A DNA stretch of 64,000 bases from a virus. Its lineage: Duplodnaviria > Caudoviricetes. Shown here piece after piece: positions 26,623-35,719 of the stretch. The stretch spans positions 1 through 64,000 of the IMG/VR virus record IMGVR_UViG_2857083903_000001; one strand, given 5' to 3'. The position numbers and the translations under genes were made by a program. The notes under the pieces were generated by a model that worked only from the letters and a program-made list of their open reading frames with translations, was not told where the DNA came from and did no database searches. Position 1 is the stretch's first letter; each line of letters begins with the position of its first letter.

Positions 26623-28694
26623 TCCTCGTTGTGGATGGGCGCGGACGGGGTGGTGAGGCCGGCGTCGGCGGTGGCCGTGTTGTAGGGCCGGTAGGCGTCG
26701 TTCATTTCGTTGCTGGCCGTCTCGGTCTTCTCTGCGGCTTCGAGGCTGGAGGTCTCCATCTCGTCGGCCATGCGGGCGACGAGGTCCATGGATTCGGCGA
26801 AGCGGGCGAGTGCGGCGGTGAACAGGGGGCCGATGAGGTTGTGGTTGACGGCCAGGTAGTCGGCGAACGTCAGGCAGGTGTCGCGGAGGCTGCGGGCTTT
26901 GGTGGCGAGGCGCTGGGATTCGTCGTGGGTGGCGAACGCGTCGGTGGTGAGTTGGTCGAGGCCGTCGCAGGCGTCGTCGAGGGTGATCTCGGTGGCGTGC
27001 TGGGCGTCCATGCCGTGGGCGACGGCCTGGCTGGCGGTGCGGGCGGCTTGGTGGCGGGCTTTGACGATGCGGGGGTCCGGGCCGGTGGTGCTGGGGGGCA
27101 TGGGGCTGGGCTCCTGGGGGCGGCTGGTTCCGGGGCGCGGGGTGTGCGGGGTGGGGGCGGCCGGGAGGGCGGTGATGCCGGTGGTGACGGCGGCCGCGGT
27201 CTGCTGACGCCTGCTGCTGCCGGGGACGTGTTCGCTGACGACGGTCCAGGTGGTGCCTTCGGTGTGGGCGGCGTTCTCGAAGGGGCTGCGCCGGCTTCCG
27301 GAGGTTCCGGAGGTTCCGGAGGTTCCGGTGGGTCCTGTAGTCGGTCCGGTGGTTCCGGTGGGGCGGTGGGTTTGGGCGTACTTCCAGGCGCGGGCGCGGG
27401 TGTTCGTCCACCAGTTGCTGTTGTGCTTGCTCCGGTTGTGGGGGCCGCGGGTGTTGTCGCGGCGCGCCTTCGGGCCGGTGCCGCCGCCTGTGCTGGTGTT
27501 GCGGGGGGTCTTGGGCTTGGGTGCCGGGCCGTGCGTGGCGTGGGGTGGGCGGTGGGTGCGCTGCTTCCAGCGGCGGGCGGCGGCCTGCTTGAGCTTCCTC
27601 CACATCTCCTGGTCCCGTTCGGTGGGCTTGGTCTTCTTGTCGGTGTGCTTGGCCGGGGGTGCGTCCTTGCGGTTCTTGCGCTTCTTCGAGCTGGTGTTGG
27701 CGTTCTTGGGGTCGGTCCAGACGGGGGGCTTGTCGCTGGTGTTCTTGCGGCGCTTCTTGAGCCGGCGGGCGGCGTTCTTGTGCACTGCGGCGCCGACGGA
27801 GTCGGCGTGGCCGGGGCGGTGCTTCTTGTTCTTGCTGCCGGGCTTGTGGGGGGTGTGCTTGCCGCCTGCGTGGTCGTTGGTGGGGCGGGGCTTGTGCTTG
27901 TTCAGGGTGTTGGCGGCGCCCTGGTGCTTGCGGTGCGGCGCCTTGGGGTGTGCGGGCTGCTTGGCGCCGCTGCCGTTGTTCTTCCGGGGGGTGGTGCTGC
28001 CCGGCTTGGGCGTCTTGGGAGTGCGGGTGGGGGTGGGCTTACGGTCCGCGGGACGGGTCTTGCCCCCGGCGGGCCTGGTACTGCGGGGGCCTGAGGTGTT
28101 GCCGGTGGACGGCTTCTTGCCGCCCTGACCGCCGCCCGCTCCCCCACTGCCGGACCCTCCGGACTTGGACCGGTTCAGGGTCTTACGGCCGTACTCCTGG
28201 CTCGACGGGATCTGCTTGGCGCGCTGCTGGGCGGCCTTGTCCTGGATGCCCTGCATGGCGAGCTGGTGCTTGAGCCGGGCCTCGCGGATCGGGTCGGCTT
28301 CGGTGAGGCGGGCCTGCCGGCGGTCCCACCAGGAGGCGCCGACGGTGTGCGCACCGCGGAGCGCGGCGACGGCGACGGCGAGGATCGCGGCGAGCGACAG
28401 GGCGCCGAGCCGGGGGCCGATCAGGTCGTCGTCGTGGGGGGTGTAGCCGTCGCTGCGGAACGTCGCGGGGACGGTGTCGCCGGCCAGGTCGGGGGTGGGG
28501 ATGGCGGGCTGCAGGAGGGCCGGGGAGGGCAGTGCGGTGAGGAGGTCGAGGGGGCTGCGCCGGCTCCCGGCGGGGGTGGTGAGGGAGGCAGGGGTGGGGG
28601 TGTCCGTGGCCGTGGTGGCGGGCCCGTCGGGGGTGTTGCCGGGGGTGAGGGTGAACCCGATCCGCGGGAAGCTGATCACGTTGTCGTCGGTCAT
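26619..28694 (-). CDS. Large Lys/Pro-rich membrane-anchored transfer-region protein
   Basis: 691 aa, one TM helix, very basic disordered middle, helical C-terminal domain; AGGAGG RBS. Confidence 0.75.
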   Translation of the reverse strand: MTDDNVISFPRIGFTLTPGNTPDGPATTATDTPTPASLTTPAGSRRSPLDLLTALPSPALLQPAIPTPDLAGDTVPATFRSDGYTPHDDDLIGPRLGALSLAAILAVAVAALRGAHTVGASWWDRRQARLTEADPIREARLKHQLAMQGIQDKAAQQRAKQIPSSQEYGRKTLNRSKSGGSGSGGAGGGQGGKKPSTGNTSGPRSTRPAGGKTRPADRKPTPTRTPKTPKPGSTTPRKNNGSGAKQPAHPKAPHRKHQGAANTLNKHKPRPTNDHAGGKHTPHKPGSKNKKHRPGHADSVGAAVHKNAARRLKKRRKNTSDKPPVWTDPKNANTSSKKRKNRKDAPPAKHTDKKTKPTERDQEMWRKLKQAAARRWKQRTHRPPHATHGPAPKPKTPRNTSTGGGTGPKARRDNTRGPHNRSKHNSNWWTNTRARAWKYAQTHRPTGTTGPTTGPTGTSGTSGTSGSRRSPFENAAHTEGTTWTVVSEHVPGSSRRQQTAAAVTTGITALPAAPTPHTPRPGTSRPQEPSPMPPSTTGPDPRIVKARHQAARTASQAVAHGMDAQHATEITLDDACDGLDQLTTDAFATHDESQRLATKARSLRDTCLTFADYLAVNHNLIGPLFTAALARFAESMDLVARMADEMETSSLEAAEKTETASNEMNDAYRPYNTATADAGLTTPSAPIHNEE

Positions 28695-28816
28695 GTCGCC
28701 TCCTTTCAGGGGTTGACAGGCTGTAGTCGGTGGGCGATCCTCGCGCGTGCGCGTTGCGCGTGCGCATTGGACGGCTCGTCACCCTCGTTTCCGGCGGGTG
28801 ATGATGATGAATTCCG

Positions 28817-29041
28817 TCACTGGCTGTGAGCGCGGTAGAAGTCGTTGAGGTGTGCCGCAAGCCCGTTGGCGACCTTCGGGTCACCGCTCTCGAGAGCGTC
28901 CTTGGCGAGCTTGCGGCACACGTTCGTCCAGAACGTGACGAGGTGCATCGGCCCGGCCGCGGCGGCCCTCGCCTGCGCCGCGTTGTAGTGCTCGGCCTGG
29001 TTGGCGCGGCGGGCCTGCTCGGCCTTCTGCGCGGCGTTCAC
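28817..29041 (-). CDS. Hypothetical protein
   Basis: 74 aa, coupled to upstream gene, GGAGG RBS. Confidence 0.65.
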   Translation of the reverse strand: MNAAQKAEQARRANQAEHYNAAQARAAAAGPMHLVTFWTNVCRKLAKDALESGDPKVANGLAAHLNDFYRAHSQ

Positions 29042-29598
29042 AGCGCCTCCTGCTGGCCGAAGAAGTCACCGATGTGCGGGACCGGGGCGGCCGTACTGCT
29101 GGGCTGGCCGGGGAACTGGAACGGCTGCGGGTTCACGTACTGCACGGCCGGCTGCCCGACCGTCGGGGGCTGGGCCGGCATGGTCGGCTGCACGCCGGTG
29201 AGGGTGTTCGTGCTGGTGGTGAGGGACTTGCCGACCTTGTCGTGGACGCTGGCCGCGGCAATCCCGAGGCGCTGCCTGCGGTCGTTCTTCTTCTCGAGTT
29301 CGCGGGCCCTGCGGGCGGGGAGTTCGACGACTTCCCGCAGGTAGACGGCGTTGACGGCTTCGGTTTCGGCGGCCGCCTTCTCGACGAGGCGGGCGACCTT
29401 GGTGAGGCGGCGGGCGACCTTGCGGGCGCGGCGGCCAGCGGAGCCGGTGCGGTCGCCGTCGATCTGGGTGTGGGCGAGGCGGGCCTGGATGATCTGGGCG
29501 AGCTGACGGAGCTGGGTGGCGTCGGTGGTGAACGTCTGCCGCTGCTCGTCGGTGAAGTCCCGCATGCCCTTCTGCGTCATCAGGGCTTCGATGTCCAT
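29038..29598 (-). CDS. Plasmid transfer protein TraA-like
   Basis: S.RRARKVARRL...AA motif recalled from Streptomyces TraA proteins; context. Confidence 0.6.
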   Translation of the reverse strand: MDIEALMTQKGMRDFTDEQRQTFTTDATQLRQLAQIIQARLAHTQIDGDRTGSAGRRARKVARRLTKVARLVEKAAAETEAVNAVYLREVVELPARRARELEKKNDRRQRLGIAAASVHDKVGKSLTTSTNTLTGVQPTMPAQPPTVGQPAVQYVNPQPFQFPGQPSSTAAPVPHIGDFFGQQEAL

Positions 29599-29618
29599 CG
29601 TTCTGGTCTCCTTCGTGT

Positions 29619-30539
29619 TTAGAGGTAGCCGCCGTCGGTGGTGGCGCGCTGCTTGCTGATGCGGGACAGGACGGTGCGCACGTATGCGGCGTCCGCTTCG
29701 ATGCCGTGATGCGCGAGGCGCTCCACGATCTGCGGCGCTGATGCGGTCGGCTCCGCGTCACGGACGATGCGCACTGCGGCGGCCTTCGACAGGCCCTCGC
29801 TGCGCAGCGCCTCACCGAGGTGCTGCGGTGCCGCATCGCGGGTGATGCGCGGCGCGCCGGTGGGGGCGGGTGTCACGCGCGACAGGGGCGCATCACGCTG
29901 CTCATCAGCGGTTTCACCGGCCGCATCGTTGCGGGCCGGGAGTTCGGGTGCGGCGGTCAGGGCCAGGGGCCGCATCCGGTGCAGCTCGCGGGCGCGGTCC
30001 TGCCGCATCACTTCGATGTCGAAGTCGGTGGACACTTCGCGCATCACGAGGTCGGCGTGCATCGTGCGGCGCCTCATCTCGATGCGGTGCTGCGCCTCTT
30101 CGAAGACCATGCCGCGTTCCATGGCGGCGAGGGTGTGGAGTTCGTCGTGGGTGAGTGCGGCGGGGTCGCGCATGTCGGCGAGGGCGAGGGCCCAGACGGC
30201 TTTGGCGCCGAGGGGGAGGAAGGGGCCGGCGGCGGCCATGGCGAGGGATTCGCGGGCCATGCCGTGCATGGCGAGGAAGGTGGCGACGATGAGGAGGGTG
30301 GCCCAGCCGAGGGTGGGGACGATCCAGGTGCGGCCGGCGATTCGGAGGCCGCGGGCTTCGGCGATGATGACGCTGCCCCAGATGATGTCGGCGCCGGCGG
30401 CGACGGTGACGCCGATGGGTCCGGTGCCGAGGAGGTCGACGAGGCTCCAGGTGGTCCAGGCCAGGGAGGCCAGGGACAGGAGTCCTGCCGGGTAGAGGAG
30501 CGGGCTGAGCCGCTTCTTGGTGGCCTGGACGGTGGTCAT
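29619..30539 (-). CDS. SpdB-like plasmid spread protein
   Basis: Four TM helices (SLAWTTWSLVDLL, AAGADIIW), coiled coil, C-terminal HTH. Confidence 0.7.
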   Translation of the reverse strand: MTTVQATKKRLSPLLYPAGLLSLASLAWTTWSLVDLLGTGPIGVTVAAGADIIWGSVIIAEARGLRIAGRTWIVPTLGWATLLIVATFLAMHGMARESLAMAAAGPFLPLGAKAVWALALADMRDPAALTHDELHTLAAMERGMVFEEAQHRIEMRRRTMHADLVMREVSTDFDIEVMRQDRARELHRMRPLALTAAPELPARNDAAGETADEQRDAPLSRVTPAPTGAPRITRDAAPQHLGEALRSEGLSKAAAVRIVRDAEPTASAPQIVERLAHHGIEADAAYVRTVLSRISKQRATTDGGYL

Positions 30540-30544
30540 GGGGT

Positions 30545-30890
30545 TCGGTGTCCTTTCGGGGGTTCAGGGGGTGGGGTCAGGTGTTGCGCCGGTTGGGGAG
30601 CCAGAGGCGACGCTTCGGCTGTGGCTCGGTCTGGGGCGCCTGGGCGGGTTCGGGCTGCTGTTCCAGGGCCTTGGCGATCCGGGAGAGGCTGTCGGCGATG
30701 CCAGTGAGGTGCCAGTTGGTGGCGCGCTGTTCCTTGACGAGGGCCATCAGCAGGTAGGGCATGGCGGCCTGGGGGGCGTCGGGGATGGGGAAGTCGTGCT
30801 TGGGGTGCTTGCCGTCGAGGGCCCTCTCGGCGCGGCGGATGAGTTCGGGGGTGTCCATCACGGGGATCGGTGTCCTTTCGGGGGTTCAGG
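30545..30890. repeat. 24-bp direct repeat TCGGTGTCCTTTCGGGGGTTCAGG (30545-30568, 30867-30890)
   Basis: Identical copies, each containing the GAAAGGA RBS on the minus strand. Confidence 0.85.
30577..30861 (-). CDS. Hypothetical protein
   Basis: 94 aa ORF with RBS, flanked by the 24-bp repeats. Confidence 0.65.
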   Translation of the reverse strand: MMDTPELIRRAERALDGKHPKHDFPIPDAPQAAMPYLLMALVKEQRATNWHLTGIADSLSRIAKALEQQPEPAQAPQTEPQPKRRLWLPNRRNT

Positions 30891-31041
30891 CGGCGAGGTC
30901 GTGGTTGTCGGTGGTGGGCGGGGTGGTGTGGGCGTCGATCTCGGCGAGGTTCTGCTCGGCCTCGAAGTCGGCGGTGGTCCAGGTGCTGGAGTCGTTGCCG
31001 TGGGCGGCGGCGAACTCGGGTCCGGTCATCGGTCGGTTCAT
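30886..31041 (-). CDS. Small hypothetical protein (51 aa)
   Basis: MNRPMTGPEFAAAHGNDSSTW...DLAA*, AGGAG RBS, coupled to upstream gene; absent from ORF track. Confidence 0.6.
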   Translation of the reverse strand: MNRPMTGPEFAAAHGNDSSTWTTADFEAEQNLAEIDAHTTPPTTDNHDLAA

Positions 31042-31235
31042 CGGTTGGTGCTCCTGTTCTGGGTGCGGTGCCAGGTGGTGACGACGTGTTCGGCGCCGGC
31101 CTTGGCGGCGTACAGGGAGAGGAGGGTGATGGCGGCGATGTCGAGGACGGGCATGTGGTGGCGGATGGCGGAGTAGATGGGGTGGCTGACGGCGAGGAGG
31201 GCGATGGCCCAGATGAGGAGCTGCTGTCGGTTCAT
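31038..31235 (-). CDS. Small membrane protein
   Basis: 65 aa, two hydrophobic helices. Confidence 0.6.
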   Translation of the reverse strand: MNRQQLLIWAIALLAVSHPIYSAIRHHMPVLDIAAITLLSLYAAKAGAEHVVTTWHRTQNRSTNR

Positions 31236-31276
31236 CGAGGTCCTGTTCGGCAGGGGGGGGCGGAGGGGGTCGGGGG

Positions 31277-31564
31277 TCAGACCATGAGGCGGTACTCGTC
31301 GACCATGTACGGCACCTCGTTCAGGTGGCGGGCTGCCCGCTGGAGGAGTGCGGTGTGGTCGTTGTGGGTGTCGTCGCCGGCTTCGGCGATGAGGGTGGCG
31401 GCGGTGTTGAGGCTGTCGGCGCCCGTGATCCCGGCCTGGTCGAGGTTGTCGGCGGCGTGGCCGAGCTGGGTGACGAACTCGGCGCTGGACGCGGCCGGGC
31501 GGGTGCCGGCGGCGGTGGCGATGTCGTCGGTGTAGGGGGTGAGGAGGGCCGGGAGGGCGCTCAT
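31277..31564 (-). CDS. Hypothetical protein
   Basis: GAAAGGA RBS, GC-rich third positions. Confidence 0.65.
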   Translation of the reverse strand: MSALPALLTPYTDDIATAAGTRPAASSAEFVTQLGHAADNLDQAGITGADSLNTAATLIAEAGDDTHNDHTALLQRAARHLNEVPYMVDEYRLMV

Positions 31565-31644
31565 GCCGGGTGTGTCCTTTCGGTTGGGCGGGTGGGGTGC
31601 TGCCGCGCGGACTGGGGGGCGACCGCGCGGCAGCGGCTGGTGGG

Positions 31645-32109
31645 TTACTGGTTCCTGCAGGCGTCGCACACGCCGCCGTTCCAGTCGGGGAACGTGCCGC
31701 CACAGACGGAGCACTGGCCGGAGTTGGCGGCCGGGGTGTCGAGGGCGGCGCAGGCGGTGGCGGGGTGGGTGCGGAGGTCGGGGTCGCGGAGCTGCCATGC
31801 GGCGAGTTCGCCCTGGTGCTGGATGTCCTTCCTAAGAGGGGCGGGCAGCGGGTTGAGGGCGGGCTGGGTGGCGGTGGTGAGGTGTTCGATGAGGGCGGCG
31901 ATGGCTCCGACGGTGTCGCAGGCGTCGGGGCTGGCCGCGAGCTGGGCGAGGAGGAGTTGGACGTCGGTGGGGGTGAGGGTGGGGTCTTCGGCGATGGTGC
32001 GGATGCCGGCGGCGATGGTGCGGACGCCGGGGTGGATGTTGCTGCCGGTGGTGAGGTCGGCGAGGCAGTCCCCGAGCTCGGTGCCGTCGAGGCGGTCGGT
32101 GGCGGCCAT
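31645..32109 (-). CDS. Hypothetical protein with C-terminal zinc ribbon
   Basis: CSVCGG...CDAC at the C-terminus; coupled start. Confidence 0.65.
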   Translation of the reverse strand: MAATDRLDGTELGDCLADLTTGSNIHPGVRTIAAGIRTIAEDPTLTPTDVQLLLAQLAASPDACDTVGAIAALIEHLTTATQPALNPLPAPLRKDIQHQGELAAWQLRDPDLRTHPATACAALDTPAANSGQCSVCGGTFPDWNGGVCDACRNQ

Positions 32110-32378
32110 CAGAGGTCCCCGTCCCACTCGCCGGTGACCATCTGCTCGTAGGCGGCGGCCGCGCCTTCCGGGTCGACGGCGGTAAGGACGTCGTCCAGGT
32201 AGGAGAGCGGGTCGATGCCCGCGTACATGGCGTCGATCTCGGCGTGGAGCAGGGGCTCGGGGTCGACGCTGTCCAGCAGGTCGACCAGGTCGGCGTACAG
32301 CTCTGGGTCGTTCTGCGCGACCGCGGCGGCCGACCACTCCCCCGACGGGATCTCCTCGAACTGGGGCTGGTCCATCAC
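32109..32378 (-). CDS. Acidic hypothetical protein
   Basis: Coupled ORF, GGAGG RBS. Confidence 0.65.
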   Translation of the reverse strand: MMDQPQFEEIPSGEWSAAAVAQNDPELYADLVDLLDSVDPEPLLHAEIDAMYAGIDPLSYLDDVLTAVDPEGAAAAYEQMVTGEWDGDL

Positions 32379-32650
32379 CGGTCACCTCCGACCACGTGCA
32401 GAGCCGGACGGCCGGCGGGCGCGACGGGGGCGGGGGCGGTGTCGTTGCGGACCAGGTCCCGCAGGGCACGCAGCCCAGCCAGACCCAAGTCGACGTGCCC
32501 GAGCCGCTCGTTGCCGTCCAGGCGGGTGAACGTGACCCGGATGACCGGCTGCTCCTGCATCCGGTTCTTGCGGGCAGCCCAGGCGCGGACGATGTCGGTG
32601 AGGTGGTAGCCGACCGTGTTCACGACGGCGGTCAGGTCGCGGGCCATCAC
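32375..32650 (-). CDS. Hypothetical protein
   Basis: Coupled ORF in the transfer operon. Confidence 0.6.
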   Translation of the reverse strand: MMARDLTAVVNTVGYHLTDIVRAWAARKNRMQEQPVIRVTFTRLDGNERLGHVDLGLAGLRALRDLVRNDTAPAPVAPAGRPALHVVGGDR

Positions 32651-32949
32651 ACGTTCACCGTCTTGAGGACGCGGTCACTGCCGGTCCAGGTGGCGCCGGT
32701 GTAGTGGGTGGCGTTGGTGTGCAGGTCCTGGACGAGGACCGCGAACCGGGCGGCGTTGCGGCGGAGGATGCGGCGGGCTTCGGAGGGGTCGGTGACGACG
32801 GCGATGACCTGGAACAGGCCGGTCGCGTTGTCGTACACCGTGCCCGGCCTGCGCGGGCCGATCTGCTGCGCGGTGACCCGGCGCAGGGCCTCGTCGGCCG
32901 GGTTGGTGTCGGTGCGGCTGGTGGCCGCGAGTCCGCTACGGTTTTCCAT
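32647..32949 (-). CDS. Hypothetical protein, first gene of the transfer operon
   Basis: AGGAG RBS, downstream of a strong promoter. Confidence 0.7.
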   Translation of the reverse strand: MENRSGLAATSRTDTNPADEALRRVTAQQIGPRRPGTVYDNATGLFQVIAVVTDPSEARRILRRNAARFAVLVQDLHTNATHYTGATWTGSDRVLKTVNV

Positions 32950-33072
32950 GGGTCGCTCCTGGTTGAGGCTGGTAGCGATCTGCCGGGTCCTTCGGGGCCC
33001 CCGAGAGGCCTGGGTGGTAGGACACCTGGGCCTCTTCGGCTTCCTGAGCCGCCGTCATCTCCGACAACTGAC

Positions 33073-33134
33073 ACGTTATTAGGTACCTCTTGGACGTGTC
33101 AAGTAACTTGCAAATGAGATAGGCTCTACTTGAC
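33073..33134. promoter_or_regulatory. Divergent promoters and putative Kor operator
   Basis: Minus strand TTGACA-N18-TAACGT (33102-33073); plus strand -10 TAGGCT at 33120; inverted repeats CAAGT-A-ACTTG and GTCAAGTA...TACTTGAC. Confidence 0.7.
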
Positions 33135-33158
33135 GGAACATCAGAGAGGAAGGATGCG

Positions 33159-33932
33159 ATGCCTCAGGCAGAGATCATCAAGGCGCTCACCGACGCGATC
33201 GACTCAGGCATCTACAAGTACGGCGACAGCTTGCCGTCCACCAGGAAGCTGGCTGACGAGTACGGCACCAGCCAGCAGACGGTGGCCTCGGCGCTCGCGG
33301 TCATGGCCGGCATGGGCATGGTGCAGGTGCAGCGCGGCGCCGGTACGAAGGTCATCACGGGTCGGCGCGGGCACATCAAGCTGGGCACGTACCGGTCCGC
33401 CAACCGCACGGTGCCGACAGGAATGACCGCCTGGGCGAGGGACGCTGGCGAAGGCGCTAAGGAGGGACCGACTCAGGTCAGTCAGACCATCTCTACGGAC
33501 GCCGATGTCGACACTGGTATCCCGGCCGGGACGGAGGTTGTTGAGCGAGCGCGCACGCGATTCGCTGCGGACGGCGCCCCGATGCAGCACAAGCGGACCC
33601 TGGTGACCGTCGAGGCAGCCACGCTGACTCCGCAGGGCTGGACGGGACTTCCGCCGATGATGAGTCCGGGCGATGTCATCCCGCCTGACGGTATGAGCAT
33701 TGCCAAGTGGCTCGGCATGGGGGTGGAGCGTGTCGTCTACGACATCTGCACGTCGCCGGTGTCAGGCGCCGCTGCAGTAGCGCTGACTCTGCCCGAAGGA
33801 ACGCCCTGCTTGCGGATCGTGTCTCGCGGGATCAGGGGTGATGGGCAGGTCGCCTACGCAACCGTGACCACGGCGCCACTGCGCAGTTCGATCTCGCTGG
33901 AGATCCGTGACGACGAGGGAGGATCCGCCTGA
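33159..33932 (+). CDS. GntR-family regulator with UTRA-like domain (KorSA/TraR-like)
   Basis: LPSTRKLADEYGTSQQTV..AL...G.GT GntR HTH; divergent from the transfer operon. Confidence 0.85.
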   Translation: MPQAEIIKALTDAIDSGIYKYGDSLPSTRKLADEYGTSQQTVASALAVMAGMGMVQVQRGAGTKVITGRRGHIKLGTYRSANRTVPTGMTAWARDAGEGAKEGPTQVSQTISTDADVDTGIPAGTEVVERARTRFAADGAPMQHKRTLVTVEAATLTPQGWTGLPPMMSPGDVIPPDGMSIAKWLGMGVERVVYDICTSPVSGAAAVALTLPEGTPCLRIVSRGIRGDGQVAYATVTTAPLRSSISLEIRDDEGGSA

Positions 33933-34102
33933 ATTTACGAACGGCCGACCGGTGGTCTAGACCGGCCGACCGTCCTGAGCCGCTGCCCTGCGAAGACAAA
34001 GCGGCCCCGCACAGAACCCCCTGCTTAAGGAAGGATCCATACGTTGCCCACCCTAGCGACAACTCCGAGAACATCGAAGTTCACGGTCTTCGGTGATGCC
34101 CG

Positions 34103-34387
34103 ATGACACGCAACGAACCCCCTTTTGTCACCTTCACGACAGGCGCACAACTCCTGATCGACAAGGGCTTGGTCGAGAGCATCACCCCCGATGGCCTCAG
34201 GTACATCGCCCGCACCGCGAAGGACTGGCCGTTCGGCGACAAAGCCAGCCAGCGTCCGTACGTGAAGGTCGGCAACGCCCGAACCATGGAGACGAAGGCG
34301 TTCATGAGGTACTTCGCATCAGGGCCGACGCGCGGCGGCCGAGGTCCGAACGAGGGGCAACACATGCGGACGAAGGCGGAAGAATGA
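34103..34387 (+). CDS. Small DNA-binding-like protein
   Basis: 94 aa upstream of rep; GLRYIAR...WPFG; function inferred from context. Confidence 0.6.
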   Translation: MTRNEPPFVTFTTGAQLLIDKGLVESITPDGLRYIARTAKDWPFGDKASQRPYVKVGNARTMETKAFMRYFASGPTRGGRGPNEGQHMRTKAEE

Positions 34388-34609
34388 CCGCGTTACCGGT
34401 TCCTGAGATAGCAGCCTCAGCCCGGAAACGCAGAACGGCCGGGTCATCAGGGTCGCAGCAACCCCTAGCCGGCCGTCCTAGTAAGTCACAGCGGGTTGCA
34501 CCCCGCTGGTTCTCCGAGTCCCACCTAGCGAAAGGGTCCTCGCAGTGAGGGTACCCAAGGTTGTTGGTGTAGCAAGCACTCCCCCGGCCACTCGGACGCT
34601 GGGGGAAGC

Positions 34610-35641
34610 ATGAGCGATCAGTTCAGCGGTGCTGCTTTTGGGCGTGGCGACGAGGCTCCTGAGGAGGTCATCGTTGGTCGCGGCATTGCTGAGACCCACG
34701 GACTTCAGCCAGAGGACCTGGGTGTACTCATCCATCTGCTTCTCCTCCCTCCCGGCCAGTTGACTGCCGGCAAGGAACTTGCGGCCGGAATGCGCGCACT
34801 CGGCTGGAAGATGAGCGTCGACCGGTTCGAAGTGATCTCGAAGCGACTGATGGCTGCTGGCCACCTGCACCGCAAGTCGGTGTACGACCAGTCCTCGAAG
34901 CGCCCTCAGTGGCGGTACTGGGCGTACCGGAACCCGGCGAACAACCCTGGGTACGTCACGGCAGGCACTGCCGCGTTGTCACAGGTCAGTGGCGAAGTAG
35001 GGGAAAACCCGGTTTCGCATGAGCAGGGCCCGAGGGAAGTCGGGGAACCCCCTGTTTCGCAAGGTCAGAGCCGGAATCGGGGAATCCCCGACTTCGGGAA
35101 ATCCCGATCGGCCGATTCGCACGTTGATGCAGGTCAGAGCCGGGATCGGGAAATCGCCGGTTTCGGCGTTCACCCCCCACACCCCCCGGAGGAGGTGGAT
35201 ACCTCCTCCCCCTACCCCCTCACTACGGTCTCGCGGCCCCATCCGCCACAGACGGAGGAGGGGCCGGAGTTCCTCCCAGAAGAGATCCGGCAAGCCGAGG
35301 TCTTCCTGCAGCAGATGAAGCGCTGGCAAGCAGGAGCTGCGACCGCCCGGAAGTGCGCGCCGCGGCTGCTGCGGGTGATGCGCACTCAGGGGTGGCCGGC
35401 GCTGGCCGACTTGGATGATGAGGCGCGCTCCAAGCTCGAGGCGGAGATCTTCCGCAACACCGGTGGCGCACGGTCCTGGGTGAAGTGTCTTCCCGGATGG
35501 ATCGAAGACCTGAGGCTCTACGACCGCGTGCGGGCCCGGAAGGGCGCTGAGCCGGGCTCTGACGGCCGTGAGCGCTGCCCGGAGCATCCCAGCCGCTACC
35601 GGGTCAGCTGTGTCATCTGCGCCATGGCTGTGCCCGTCTGA
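34610..35641 (+). CDS. Replication initiator (winged-helix N-terminus), putative
   Basis: Upstream of DnaB; wHTH-like N-terminus, central iteron-encoding linker, C-terminal CPEH...CVIC. Confidence 0.7.
   Translation: MSDQFSGAAFGRGDEAPEEVIVGRGIAETHGLQPEDLGVLIHLLLLPPGQLTAGKELAAGMRALGWKMSVDRFEVISKRLMAAGHLHRKSVYDQSSKRPQWRYWAYRNPANNPGYVTAGTAALSQVSGEVGENPVSHEQGPREVGEPPVSQGQSRNRGIPDFGKSRSADSHVDAGQSRDREIAGFGVHPPHPPEEVDTSSPYPLTTVSRPHPPQTEEGPEFLPEEIRQAEVFLQQMKRWQAGAATARKCAPRLLRVMRTQGWPALADLDDEARSKLEAEIFRNTGGARSWVKCLPGWIEDLRLYDRVRARKGAEPGSDGRERCPEHPSRYRVSCVICAMAVPV
34982..35165 (+). repeat. Iteron-like repeats (putative origin) inside the initiator gene
   Basis: Four ~24-bp imperfect repeats G(A/G)(A/G)(G/A)T(C/A)GGG(G/A)AA..C.....TTCG near 34994, 35036, 35073, 35142, plus three AGGTCAG boxes. 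Confidence 0.65.
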
Positions 35642-35719
35642 CAGCACAGTGCGGGCCGCTCCCATGCCGGGGAGCGGCCCGCGTTACCCCTGCCTCTTTG
35701 ACCGAACAGGAGACCTCCA

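Noticed and set aside
27293-27360. 9-bp tandem repeat GGTTCCGGA as possible CRISPR or clt/TRS array
   Set aside because: Few units, no spacers, in frame encoding GTS repeats; TraB sites are typically 8-bp non-coding repeats
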